DNA from: an uncultured virus (IMG/VR IMGVR_UViG_3300025652_007805)
Lineage: Duplodnaviria; Heunggongvirae; Uroviricota; Caudoviricetes
DNA: 64,000 bases
Strand: one strand, 5' to 3'
IMG/VR virus record: IMGVR_UViG_3300025652_007805
Coordinates: 1-64,000 of that record
Under the pieces are notes generated by a model. It did no database searches and was not told the origin of the DNA. It saw only the letters and a list, made by a program, of their open reading frames with translations. This document shows positions 17,642-26,890 of the stretch, piece after piece; position 1 is the stretch's first letter; every line of letters starts with the position of its first letter. The position numbers and the translations under genes are program-made.

Positions 17642-18163
17642 TTACTCTTTTACGAAATCAAGCGTTCCCTTGTTGGCATCACGAACTCTTTGTTGCATAG
17701 TTTTAGATGAAGCATCGTCTTCTTTCTCTGCTTGGTCGGCTGAGACTTTGCCCTGGAGTTTATCTACTTTTAATTTTAATGCTTGTAGTGCTTCCGGTGA
17801 ATCAACTTGGCTAGCCATTTGATCAACTAAATAAGCATCAGCCATTTGATCTTTCTCAAGATCTCCAAAACTAAGTTTTTCTGCTGGGTTGCTTGCTATG
17901 TCTTTTGCTAAATCTGCTGCACCTTTCAAAGAAGTGTCTTTTTGTGAAAGTATCTGAAGAGCACTGGAGACGACATCCATAGTTGCATCATCAGCATTCT
18001 CAAATCCAGCACCCATAGCATTAGGGCTGAAACCCATACCTAAGCCCAATAGGAGAGCGGCGATCTTCTGCTTCATTCCTTCTTCAAGCAATTCTTGTTC
18101 GGTTTTCTCAGGAGTTGAAAAATTTCTCCAACCTTCCATGATAAGTTTCATATCTTTAGACAT
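17642..18163 (-). CDS. Hypothetical protein with MKLIMEGWRNF leader and internal signal-peptide-like segment
   Basis: ...QELLEE GMKQKIAALLLGLGMGFSPNAMG... Confidence 0.65.
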   Translation of the reverse strand: MSKDMKLIMEGWRNFSTPEKTEQELLEEGMKQKIAALLLGLGMGFSPNAMGAGFENADDATMDVVSSALQILSQKDTSLKGAADLAKDIASNPAEKLSFGDLEKDQMADAYLVDQMASQVDSPEALQALKLKVDKLQGKVSADQAEKEDDASSKTMQQRVRDANKGTLDFVKE

Positions 18164-18186
18164 AATAAATCCTCTTAATTTATCCT

Positions 18187-18194
18187 TAATTAGT
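18187..18194 (-). promoter_or_regulatory. Putative late-promoter motif ACTAATTA
   Basis: 23 nt upstream of ATG 18163. Confidence 0.45.
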
Positions 18195-18739
18195 TATGAA
18201 TTTAGGATTATTCCTGCTAAAGCAACAACAACAGCATCGGCTTTATCGTCTGTTCCCGGCTTGGGATTTCCATATCTCGTAAGTTCATAATTAAAATCTT
18301 CTGGATATTCATTTTTAACCCACTCTATAACTTTCTTTTTTGTGTCTTCGCCTCTTTTGATCTTGAGACCAACGGCTCCTCTTGCTTTGTTTGCGGCGAT
18401 CAACTCGGCATCAAAACCAAATTGCTTCCTTACCATAAAAGAGATCATACCATTAAATCGCTGAAGTTTGCTCATCGTCATAGCGGTTGTTTTTCCACCG
18501 GAGAACATCATAAACGGAGACTCAATGTAAACTTTAGTGATATTGAATCTGTTCTTCTTGTTGATGTAATTATATGCATTAAGAGAAGAGAGGGTGTGTT
18601 CAACGACCAAGCACCTATCTTCCAATGAGGTTTTGTTATCTAATTTTATTGTTTCAGATTTTACGAGGTTTTTGTTAGTATCAAGTATAGATAACCCTAA
18701 TTTACTTGTGCTAACATCCAAGCCTAAAATATAATTCAT
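18194..18739 (-). CDS. RuvC-like Holliday junction resolvase
   Basis: ILGLDVST, VYIESP, DDKADAVVVA; start revised to ATG 18739. Confidence 0.8.
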   Translation of the reverse strand: MNYILGLDVSTSKLGLSILDTNKNLVKSETIKLDNKTSLEDRCLVVEHTLSSLNAYNYINKKNRFNITKVYIESPFMMFSGGKTTAMTMSKLQRFNGMISFMVRKQFGFDAELIAANKARGAVGLKIKRGEDTKKKVIEWVKNEYPEDFNYELTRYGNPKPGTDDKADAVVVALAGIILNS

Positions 18740-18746
18740 AACATTT

Positions 18747-18775
18747 ATTATAACATTAAATTTATTAAATGTCAA
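18747..18775 (-). promoter_or_regulatory. Consensus sigma70 promoter, probably producing leaderless mRNA
   Basis: TTGACA-17 nt-TATAAT; ATG starts 7 nt after -10; no SD. Confidence 0.85.
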
Positions 18776-19916
18776 GTTTTAGTTTAAAAGTATATTGATC
18801 TGCTTCTGTCTTGCGAACAGGAGTTGCCATTTTGGCTATTCCAATAAGGTTTTTATCTTTGTCGTAAATTCCAACTTTTGATAGATATGTCGTCTTTTCA
18901 AACTTTGGTTCTTCGTCAGTAAATGAAGAACTTACAATATTTCGTATTTCTTTTGCTTGCTCAATATATTGATATGAGCCTGTGGAAACAGATAAGGAGT
19001 CTGATGAAGAAACAAATGTTGGATTTGTTGAATGGTTAAGTTCGCCATACTTGGCATGAGCAAGCATTGTCATTGTCTGAAATTGGTTTGATCCTGAGAA
19101 CTCTAAAGAATAACTTGCCGACAAGGTGGTTAAAGCGACTGAGGCGGCATCGTGAACTCCAAATCCATAATAAATCCATTTAGAAGTCTGTGCGGCTGCT
19201 GGGTCATATTTGATTGTGGTGCTGTCTAATTCCCAACTTCCTGTGAGAGCCACAAAACCTTCGTTATAAAGAACAACACCAGCCACAGAACCTGATCCTG
19301 TTGACCCCACAGGTCCTATCTGAACCAAGTCACCATTCTCTCTATAATCACTTAGTTCGCCGATTAATGTTCCAGTTATATAATACTTTAAATTTACAGT
19401 TCCTTTTTTAATTGAAGATCCATAAAAAATAGAAGGAATTGTTATTAAATTTACTGTCTGGTTTGCTTTGTCTCCAAGGGACGAGGAATATTGATAATGC
19501 GGAGACAAATATGAATAATGGTTAAATGTATTCTCTAATGCTTTTATAGAGGCTGAATTGGAAGTTGCAGAAGCTATTATGCGGCCAATACTAGCAGACA
19601 TGCTATATGAAGAAGTAATTATATCGCCATATTGTGCTGAATTATATGAAGCAGTTGGTGTGACTTTGAAGCCGTCTTTCATGCCGTTTTTAAATAAAAA
19701 CGGATATACACTATTGCCAGCCGGTCTATCAATATTATATTCATACAACGAAATAAATCCAGCAGGCACCCCAATGTGATTTGCGGTGTTTTGCCCTGCT
19801 AAGTTCGGGAAATTATTAATATATACTGTTCCACTTTGAATGTAAAACTTATTTTGCGGGTAAGCCTCAACAGTGTTTAAAAACAGATCGTCTTCTTCAA
19901 ATTTATAAAAAGCCAT
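18765..19916 (-). CDS. Virion structural protein (tail/baseplate; tail-collar-like C-terminus)
   Basis: C-terminal SKVGIYDKDKNLIGIAKMATPVRK...KLKLDI; paralog of next gene. Confidence 0.65.
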   Translation of the reverse strand: MAFYKFEEDDLFLNTVEAYPQNKFYIQSGTVYINNFPNLAGQNTANHIGVPAGFISLYEYNIDRPAGNSVYPFLFKNGMKDGFKVTPTASYNSAQYGDIITSSYSMSASIGRIIASATSNSASIKALENTFNHYSYLSPHYQYSSSLGDKANQTVNLITIPSIFYGSSIKKGTVNLKYYITGTLIGELSDYRENGDLVQIGPVGSTGSGSVAGVVLYNEGFVALTGSWELDSTTIKYDPAAAQTSKWIYYGFGVHDAASVALTTLSASYSLEFSGSNQFQTMTMLAHAKYGELNHSTNPTFVSSSDSLSVSTGSYQYIEQAKEIRNIVSSSFTDEEPKFEKTTYLSKVGIYDKDKNLIGIAKMATPVRKTEADQYTFKLKLDI

Positions 19917-19932
19917 TTATCAACCTCTCTCT

Positions 19933-19940
19933 TAAATAGT
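19933..19940 (-). promoter_or_regulatory. Putative late-promoter motif ACTATTTA
   Basis: Intergenic, 16 nt upstream of ATG 19916. Confidence 0.55.
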
Positions 19941-19962
19941 TTTATTGAGGTTTATTGCTAGA

Positions 19963-21057
19963 TCAGTAATCCAATCTAACACGAATGGTAAATTCGTTAT
20001 CAGGAGTCTTCTTAAGGGGTTCAGATAATTTAGAAACAGCCATCAACTCATTGTTGTCGCTATAGAGACCAACAGTAGTGATATATGAAACAGGCAGATC
20101 TGTTGTTTTTGTCTTTACTCGAATTTTACTTCCACTCAAATATGTTGGGTTAGAAGAATAATTGAATTCATTATGATTTACACGACAGAAATACACTGTT
20201 GAGTTTAGTTCTACTGTGTTGTTGAACTGTAGGTTATATAAACGTGCCCTGATTGCATCGGCGGAACCTGATATACTAGATCCGGTAATAAATTGAAACC
20301 CTGTTGGGCCAGTAGAATAGCCCATCTGGACAGACCCTGAAGTATTGCTTATAATTCCACCTTGCGTTGCTGAATTGAAAATAGACCCTGATATAACTGC
20401 TACTCCAGCTTGGTAAAATAATAATCCAACGGGGTAACTTTTATTTTCTGCTAATACTTTTATACCGGCACTTTGTGTTGCAAATAAAATACCATATTCT
20501 CCAACTGGTGAATTAACCAAATAGCCGCTTGATCCACTTGCATCAGTTAACTTGATTCTTGAAGAAAAAGCAGTTCCATCTTGTGCGAAAGTTCCCGATA
20601 CTCCTAGCTCCAATTCAAAAGATCCTTTTTTAATCTCATCCTTCGTCAGTAAACGAGAAAAATTCATAAAGAAAACATTTTTTTGCTTTGATCCACCAGC
20701 AAGCAAGTCACCATCCTCATCAAATTGCAAAATAGAACCAGTCTGATCATATCCCATAAGGACCTGGGACATCTGATTGTAAATATTAATCTTCTTTGCA
20801 TTTTGTGTGTTTGCCGAGGCAGATAATCCTGAATCGTTGGAATAGCCAGCGGTTAAATCAAAAATATGATTAGCTGAGGAGCTTAAAAAAGGATAATCAT
20901 AGACTGATTGAAACATTCCGTGTGAATAGTCTTTAATATTGGAAACACCATATGTACCAGAGACTATAGTTCCAGTTAAAGGAATAGCTTCATGAAGAAG
21001 TGTTCTTGTATTAACAATATCGTTAGATTGATTTAATGATTTATAAAAATTGGCCAT
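19963..21057 (-). CDS. Virion structural protein, paralog of 18765..19916
   Basis: NYSSNPTY; TTVGLYSDNNELMAVSKLSEPLKK...RVRLDY. Confidence 0.65.
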   Translation of the reverse strand: MANFYKSLNQSNDIVNTRTLLHEAIPLTGTIVSGTYGVSNIKDYSHGMFQSVYDYPFLSSSANHIFDLTAGYSNDSGLSASANTQNAKKINIYNQMSQVLMGYDQTGSILQFDEDGDLLAGGSKQKNVFFMNFSRLLTKDEIKKGSFELELGVSGTFAQDGTAFSSRIKLTDASGSSGYLVNSPVGEYGILFATQSAGIKVLAENKSYPVGLLFYQAGVAVISGSIFNSATQGGIISNTSGSVQMGYSTGPTGFQFITGSSISGSADAIRARLYNLQFNNTVELNSTVYFCRVNHNEFNYSSNPTYLSGSKIRVKTKTTDLPVSYITTVGLYSDNNELMAVSKLSEPLKKTPDNEFTIRVRLDY

Positions 21058-21068
21058 GTTTTACTCTC

Positions 21069-22010
21069 TTATGAAATAACTGCTTTAATAAAGCGTATTG
21101 GGATATCGATAGTATATCCAGTTGACATTCCGGTGGCTCTAACCATAGTGTCTATAAAATTAACCACCGAAGCACCCGATGCCTTGTTTGTCATACCAGC
21201 GGTGCCACCAAGCTGAGTGAACAAATAGGTACTCGTATTTAAGTCCAAACTTGCTCCAATTTTAAATTCTAATTTTGTACCTCTAGGTCCAGCGATTGTT
21301 TGTGAAGTAGAATTAGAGTCGTCTAGGTTATCAGAAACCACATTGTCACTCGAATCAACGGTATAAAAAGCGATATTGTCGTCATCAATATAATCAGCAG
21401 CAACTCTATTTCCATTACGATCAACAATATATCCCATTCGATTATCAATTTGAATTATATATGAACTTTCAATCATATCGCTTATTGAACTTCTTTGTTT
21501 TGGAGATATTTCTGTTGTATCTAAACCCTGGTCTATTCTAATATAATTTGAATCCTCAAAGGATTCTCCAAACAAAATACCTTGAACCTGGTCTGACCCT
21601 ATATAGCCAACGGCAGAGGTTGTCCCAGCGGCATCTGTTCCTTCTGTTGAGCGATCAACAGCGACCATGAATGCACCAGAAGTATGTGTTTTAGTGTTTG
21701 TAAGATTTTGATTTAATTTTAAAACTGGTAAATAAAGCAAATTTGTATTCGCAATTGTGACAAGTTTTGTTTTCATTGAAGAACCATTATTTGTAAATGA
21801 TTCAAGAACTGGCGTTTGCAAGATTTCCAAATCGTAATATGCTGAACCTGATGTTTGGTTTGGATTATAAAGAGTATAATTAATCTCTTCGTCTCCAAGG
21901 GCAAATTTTGTGATTCGGAAAGATCCATCGCCCTTTGAAAGAACCTTTCTACCGTGATCGGTTAAAACCGCATCAAGTATTATATCACCACTGTTGTCTA
22001 AAAAAGCCAT
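21069..22010 (-). CDS. Virion structural protein
   Basis: N-terminal DAVLTDHGRKVL...ITKFALGDEEINY; structural context. Confidence 0.6.
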   Translation of the reverse strand: MAFLDNSGDIILDAVLTDHGRKVLSKGDGSFRITKFALGDEEINYTLYNPNQTSGSAYYDLEILQTPVLESFTNNGSSMKTKLVTIANTNLLYLPVLKLNQNLTNTKTHTSGAFMVAVDRSTEGTDAAGTTSAVGYIGSDQVQGILFGESFEDSNYIRIDQGLDTTEISPKQRSSISDMIESSYIIQIDNRMGYIVDRNGNRVAADYIDDDNIAFYTVDSSDNVVSDNLDDSNSTSQTIAGPRGTKLEFKIGASLDLNTSTYLFTQLGGTAGMTNKASGASVVNFIDTMVRATGMSTGYTIDIPIRFIKAVIS

Positions 22011-22044
22011 TAATGAACTCCCAAATATGTCACTTTTCTCATAA

Positions 22045-22051
22045 TAAATAG
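22045..22051 (-). promoter_or_regulatory. Putative late-promoter motif CTATTTA
   Basis: Intergenic, 34 nt upstream of ATG 22010. Confidence 0.55.
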
Positions 22052-22052
22052 A

Positions 22053-23900
22053 TTACACAGAGAAATCTTCTTCACTTTCTTCTTTTATCAAGTTAACTTT
22101 AACATTAAAATCTATAATTTTTCCGCTATCGTTTGATCTCACTCTAAATTTAAACTTTCTTCCCCAAATTTTATGAGCCAATTCTTCAATCCCTTCTGTA
22201 TTTCCAAGACTTGCTGATTGAAGTTGTTGTTTGAACGTTGGAATAAAACCATCATTGTTTCTAAAATTTTCAATATTAAAATAAATTTGTTGTTCTGCTG
22301 CCTGCAACTGCAATAGGCTCCTAAAATTCAAATTAGAAGAGTTTGGAATTAAATTCCTTTGTTCAGTAATTAGGATTGAGTTTACTAAAACTCTCGAATC
22401 ATCAGCGTCTTTTAACAATTCAACTTCATATGCAGCACTTGGGTTGGAATATGAACCAAATTCATTAATCGTTCTAAAAATATAATAATATTTTTTATTT
22501 GGACGTATGTTATCCAAAACAACCATATTTTCAGTCATATCAAGATTTTGAAATGTACCTATTAGATTATCTGTGAAATCATCATATATCGTTGGTCTCG
22601 TAGAAGTTCTGTAAATCTGAAATCTTGCGGATTCTTTTCTATATTTAAACTGTACTTCTCCATTTGGCAAATTATAGTTTGGTCCAATTTTATTATTTAA
22701 TATCGAAAATGAGGATAAATCAGCCTGTTCTTCGCCTTTTTGTAATTCTAAATAAATCTTAACTTTTCCTTCTGAGGACATTTTGTTGTGAAATGATACA
22801 AAAGGTGGTAATGGAGGTGCCGGTATGTTTATCAATGTATTTTCAAAAATAACTACATTATCTAATCTTATTTTAGGTCTAACATTGACCACACATTCGC
22901 CAGAGTCACCATTATCAACAACATCACTAAAGAAGTATTCTTGTCCTATAACAGCATAATAAGCAGTAGCACGATAATAATATGTTTTATTTTCTTTAAT
23001 CTGGGTATCGATGAAGAGCTTATTTTCTTGTGTTGCAGCCATAAAGAAAACCTGATCGGGTGTTCCAACCGCTGTTTCCGAAAACCACTTCTCTACTCTA
23101 AAGAAAAGATATTCATTTGCATTTTCATCACCTTTAAATATATCAACATAGTCCATTGAGTTTTTTGAAATCGTTTTTCTTATTTGACCAAAGACTTCTT
23201 GTTGTATTATATCATATGAAAGATCAATAGGTTTATTTGATATTGGATAATATGCATCAACTGGGAAAGGGTAATTGAAATTGTCTATAAATGATTTCAA
23301 CGTTAAATCTTCTTCATTTGTTAGTCTAGAAACAGAATTTGAATAGTGTCCAAAAAGCACCATGAACCTTTCATATATGCTAAATCCATATCCCAATCTA
23401 TCAGCTTCTTGAATGTGATTAGAGATTTGACCATCGGTTGGATAAGTCATATATAATATATTAGAGAACTGATATTTGCTAAAATCTGCTTCTGGGTTTC
23501 CTATTAATGGTGTATTGCTATTAAAAACAATATTTCTTTGATTGGTAGAGCCTTCTTCTCTGGTGTAAAATAAGGGCAATTCTATTTCATCTGCCGGGTT
23601 TGGAGTTGCTTCAAAAAATCTATTTGTTGTAAGTGAATATGTCGGAGTTCCAGAAGGAGTTTCGGTATCAATTTCTTGAGGAGTAATTGGCTCCAATATA
23701 CTTGAATTAAAATAAGTTATTATTTCACCAGGCAATAAATCTATTGCGTTTTGTTCTTCAGTTTTGGTAAACTTTATTTTTGTTGTCTTATGATAAACAT
23801 CACCCATATCAGCCAAATTTAACTGCCCTATTTCAAGTATAGAGAGAGTCTCGTCCTTAAATGGATCAGTGCCTGGTTCATTTATAACAATCTTAGACAT
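22053..23900 (-). CDS. Hypothetical structural protein (FN3-like YYY motifs)
   Basis: Start revised to MSKIVINEP at 23900; DTQIKENKTYYYRATA and IRPNKKYYYIFRT.N. Confidence 0.55.
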   Translation of the reverse strand: MSKIVINEPGTDPFKDETLSILEIGQLNLADMGDVYHKTTKIKFTKTEEQNAIDLLPGEIITYFNSSILEPITPQEIDTETPSGTPTYSLTTNRFFEATPNPADEIELPLFYTREEGSTNQRNIVFNSNTPLIGNPEADFSKYQFSNILYMTYPTDGQISNHIQEADRLGYGFSIYERFMVLFGHYSNSVSRLTNEEDLTLKSFIDNFNYPFPVDAYYPISNKPIDLSYDIIQQEVFGQIRKTISKNSMDYVDIFKGDENANEYLFFRVEKWFSETAVGTPDQVFFMAATQENKLFIDTQIKENKTYYYRATAYYAVIGQEYFFSDVVDNGDSGECVVNVRPKIRLDNVVIFENTLINIPAPPLPPFVSFHNKMSSEGKVKIYLELQKGEEQADLSSFSILNNKIGPNYNLPNGEVQFKYRKESARFQIYRTSTRPTIYDDFTDNLIGTFQNLDMTENMVVLDNIRPNKKYYYIFRTINEFGSYSNPSAAYEVELLKDADDSRVLVNSILITEQRNLIPNSSNLNFRSLLQLQAAEQQIYFNIENFRNNDGFIPTFKQQLQSASLGNTEGIEELAHKIWGRKFKFRVRSNDSGKIIDFNVKVNLIKEESEEDFSV

Positions 23901-23901
23901 A

Positions 23902-24894
23902 TCAATATCCCCCCGTTGTTGGAGTTGTAGTTGAGGCTGGGGCGGTAGCAACAGGGCTGCCTACGGTACCACCGCTGCTGTCGCTTGGTGCTGTAAATCC
24001 GCCGCTTCCATCATTCGGTCTTGTATAGCCAGCAGTTCCAGTTTGAGCAACAATATTGGAAGTTGATCCAATCACATCATAATCTTTAGAAATATAGTGC
24101 TGAACTGATATGTTCTTTATTTCCCTTTCTTGATTGCTTGGTCTTACAGTTTGTGTAATGGAATTTTCTGGCTGTATGAAAAAATATTGCCCTTCAATTG
24201 GAAAAGATAGCAAGTCTCTTTTTATTTTTAAATTATTGTTATAATATCTCTTTAACCTGCAAAGTGTTGTCGTGGTTAAAGAATCAATATCACCTTTTTT
24301 TAAAAGTTTAAATTTTGGCTTATTAATCATAATTTCACCTTCTTTGGACATTTCATATCCGTCAAACATTTCAACTTGGACCAACTTAAAATGATTTACA
24401 TTCATTGCGGCTTGGGTTTTTAAGTTCTTAATTAAATCTCCAGTGGGGTTGCCTTTCAGTTTTTTGACAAATTCTAATTGATATAAAAATAATGCTTTTA
24501 TCTGATTTGGTAACTCGGCTAAAAATTCAGTGAATTCTCTTTTTGTTAAATTTTCATTTGCTAATGCAATAAAATTTTTCTCAAATTCTAAGTTATAGTC
24601 TCTTCCTTTTGAAATATTTATATCAGGTGGAGTGTTAAAGTTTTCAGCCACTTCGGGGGATACCTCAGTAGTAGAGGTATCAAATGCTTCATTTTCATCA
24701 CTAATAAAAGAGTATCTTACAAATAATGAATTATCTCCCAAGAACTCACTGGATTCAATAAAGTCTTCAAACTGACTCACAGACACAGTTTTCGTGCTGA
24801 CTGCTTCTATTGCTTTGAAATTTTCACTATTTTGTGTTATCTCAGAAACAACCAATTTTTCTTGCGGAGTTGATGATGGACTTTTAGCTGGCAT
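23902..24894 (-). CDS. Hypothetical protein
   Basis: 330 aa with S/T/G-rich tail; SD AAGGAG. Confidence 0.6.
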   Translation of the reverse strand: MPAKSPSSTPQEKLVVSEITQNSENFKAIEAVSTKTVSVSQFEDFIESSEFLGDNSLFVRYSFISDENEAFDTSTTEVSPEVAENFNTPPDINISKGRDYNLEFEKNFIALANENLTKREFTEFLAELPNQIKALFLYQLEFVKKLKGNPTGDLIKNLKTQAAMNVNHFKLVQVEMFDGYEMSKEGEIMINKPKFKLLKKGDIDSLTTTTLCRLKRYYNNNLKIKRDLLSFPIEGQYFFIQPENSITQTVRPSNQEREIKNISVQHYISKDYDVIGSTSNIVAQTGTAGYTRPNDGSGGFTAPSDSSGGTVGSPVATAPASTTTPTTGGY

Positions 24895-26890
24895 TTGACT
24901 TCTCCTTTTTTATTTCAGAATTTGGCTTGCTCATTTCTTCAGTAACATTTTTCAAATCTGCTGGTTTTTGTCTTCCAACTTTAAAAACATTTGTATCAAA
25001 TGTCGGATTAAATATCTTATTTACTTCTTCTAATTTGATTGTTGATATATCTTTTAAATTAGTTGATAAATCTTTACCAAAAACCATTAAGTTTGGGCTT
25101 AAAAAAGAATATAAATTTTCCTGTAGGTCTAAAAGTTTTTCGTAACTCTTTGGGACCAACTCAGTATCCTTGTCGCTTGGAGAGGAATTGAAAAATTTAT
25201 TAAATTCGTTATTTGCACGATTTTCAAATTGACTACTCTGTAGTATGGCTGCGCCTTCACCAGTATTCATATTCATATAGTTATAAGACATTGAATAATT
25301 TTTTAAAACAACCGCCTCTTTGAAAAGATAATCTAAAAATATAACGTTTCTACTGTTTGGTGTATTAACAAACGCCCTTAGCGAGTCTGCCTGTGTATTG
25401 TTGTTGGACAAATCAAATGAACTTTCAAAATCTCTTGCTAATTTAGATAAATCCTCGCTAAAACCTCTCAAAGAAAAAAGAGTTGCATTTCTAGGGTCAA
25501 CTTTTGTAGATATAGAGTTGGTTAAATCCCGTTTGTTCTTATTTGATAATTCATATAAATATGAAAAAGCACGAACATAAACTTCATTAGCAGTGGACCA
25601 AGAGGGGCTATCTGGGTCGCTTATATTAAAATCGTTAAATTGTGATTCATATAATCTTGATTTTGTACGATTCAAATCAAAATCATAGTTTTTACTTCTC
25701 TCAACCATTGTATAATAATCGCTTATTTCTTTCTCCGAGATTCTCAAATCGTCTATGATGTTTGAAACAAAATCAACCGTAGGATCTTTGAAAGTTAAAC
25801 CTAAACGATATTGATAGCGACCCAAAGAAGTTTTGTCTACTGTTTTATCTGTAAATTGAAACATTCTTATATCATTTTGTCCAGTATTTATTTCACTAAT
25901 CAATCCAAAATCCTCTTCTACAGAATCTATTTGAAAGCCCTGACCTGATGAGAATGTCTTAACTATAATGGCAGTTTCATCGACATCCATTCGTTTTCTT
26001 GTAATTTGTAGATTTTTTATTTTAATATTGTTGATATTTTCTGAGATTGCTTGTTGGCTCAATGTTCTTAAAAAATATCCATATTTTGTATTATAAAGAA
26101 CCAAATTCTTAAAGTTTATTGAAAAAATACCAGTTACATTTCCTTCATTATTGATAGAGTATTTTAAATCACTAAACGAGGAAACCTGTTTTTCTCCGAT
26201 TGCTTTTGGCGAATCAAATTGTTTTTTTCTGAAATCTTTAATTTTAAAATTGATAATATCCAAGGTCGTAAGTAAACTATGTTCTTCCTCAATATGCCTT
26301 GGTCCAACCATATATCCTTTCTCTGGGTGTAAGTGCACTGGGCCGCTGTATTGTTCTCCAGTTGGTAACACAAAAACAGTCGCTGTGGATACAGCACTTC
26401 CCAAATCAATAACCGAATCAGAAGCAATGTTTCCATAACGGCGAACAGCACCTGAGAAGTCTAAATTTGCTGCTTGTAAAATTTCGGACATTTCAAAATA
26501 AACAGAACAAAATACTTTAACTTGTTGTTCTTGATTATTAAATTTTACATCATAAGAGTCTATAAATCTAACATTGTCTTCGGAATTTACTTGATTAAGG
26601 GACTTTGCCGGTCTGGAAATGATTTTAACCGATTCGTCTTCACCATAGTTTGAAATTAAAAAGTCTTTATCAAATTGAATTTGACCTAAAGTAATATTAT
26701 CGTTCAAGCCAACATTTGAAGATATAACCATAAGAACTCTCATGTGTTGTGAGGTCTCTGGTGTAGACCAACTATTGTTATCTTTTGAGTCACCGATTAC
26801 TGTTGTGACCTTTATGCTCATTTCTTCATTAGAGGCATCGAATAAATCTATTTCTTTTATAAAAATATTTGGTATTTGTCCTTTGCTCAT
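24884..26890 (-). CDS. Hypothetical structural protein
   Basis: Start revised to MSKGQIP at 26890 (TAATG overlap); internal GEQYSGPVHLH..KGYMVG motif. Confidence 0.6.
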   Translation of the reverse strand: MSKGQIPNIFIKEIDLFDASNEEMSIKVTTVIGDSKDNNSWSTPETSQHMRVLMVISSNVGLNDNITLGQIQFDKDFLISNYGEDESVKIISRPAKSLNQVNSEDNVRFIDSYDVKFNNQEQQVKVFCSVYFEMSEILQAANLDFSGAVRRYGNIASDSVIDLGSAVSTATVFVLPTGEQYSGPVHLHPEKGYMVGPRHIEEEHSLLTTLDIINFKIKDFRKKQFDSPKAIGEKQVSSFSDLKYSINNEGNVTGIFSINFKNLVLYNTKYGYFLRTLSQQAISENINNIKIKNLQITRKRMDVDETAIIVKTFSSGQGFQIDSVEEDFGLISEINTGQNDIRMFQFTDKTVDKTSLGRYQYRLGLTFKDPTVDFVSNIIDDLRISEKEISDYYTMVERSKNYDFDLNRTKSRLYESQFNDFNISDPDSPSWSTANEVYVRAFSYLYELSNKNKRDLTNSISTKVDPRNATLFSLRGFSEDLSKLARDFESSFDLSNNNTQADSLRAFVNTPNSRNVIFLDYLFKEAVVLKNYSMSYNYMNMNTGEGAAILQSSQFENRANNEFNKFFNSSPSDKDTELVPKSYEKLLDLQENLYSFLSPNLMVFGKDLSTNLKDISTIKLEEVNKIFNPTFDTNVFKVGRQKPADLKNVTEEMSKPNSEIKKEKSNAS

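Noticed and set aside
18740..18775. N-terminal extension MTFNKFNVIINV of the resolvase in the ORF track
   Set aside because: The TTG start is the -35 box of the promoter; the RuvC motif begins at ATG 18739
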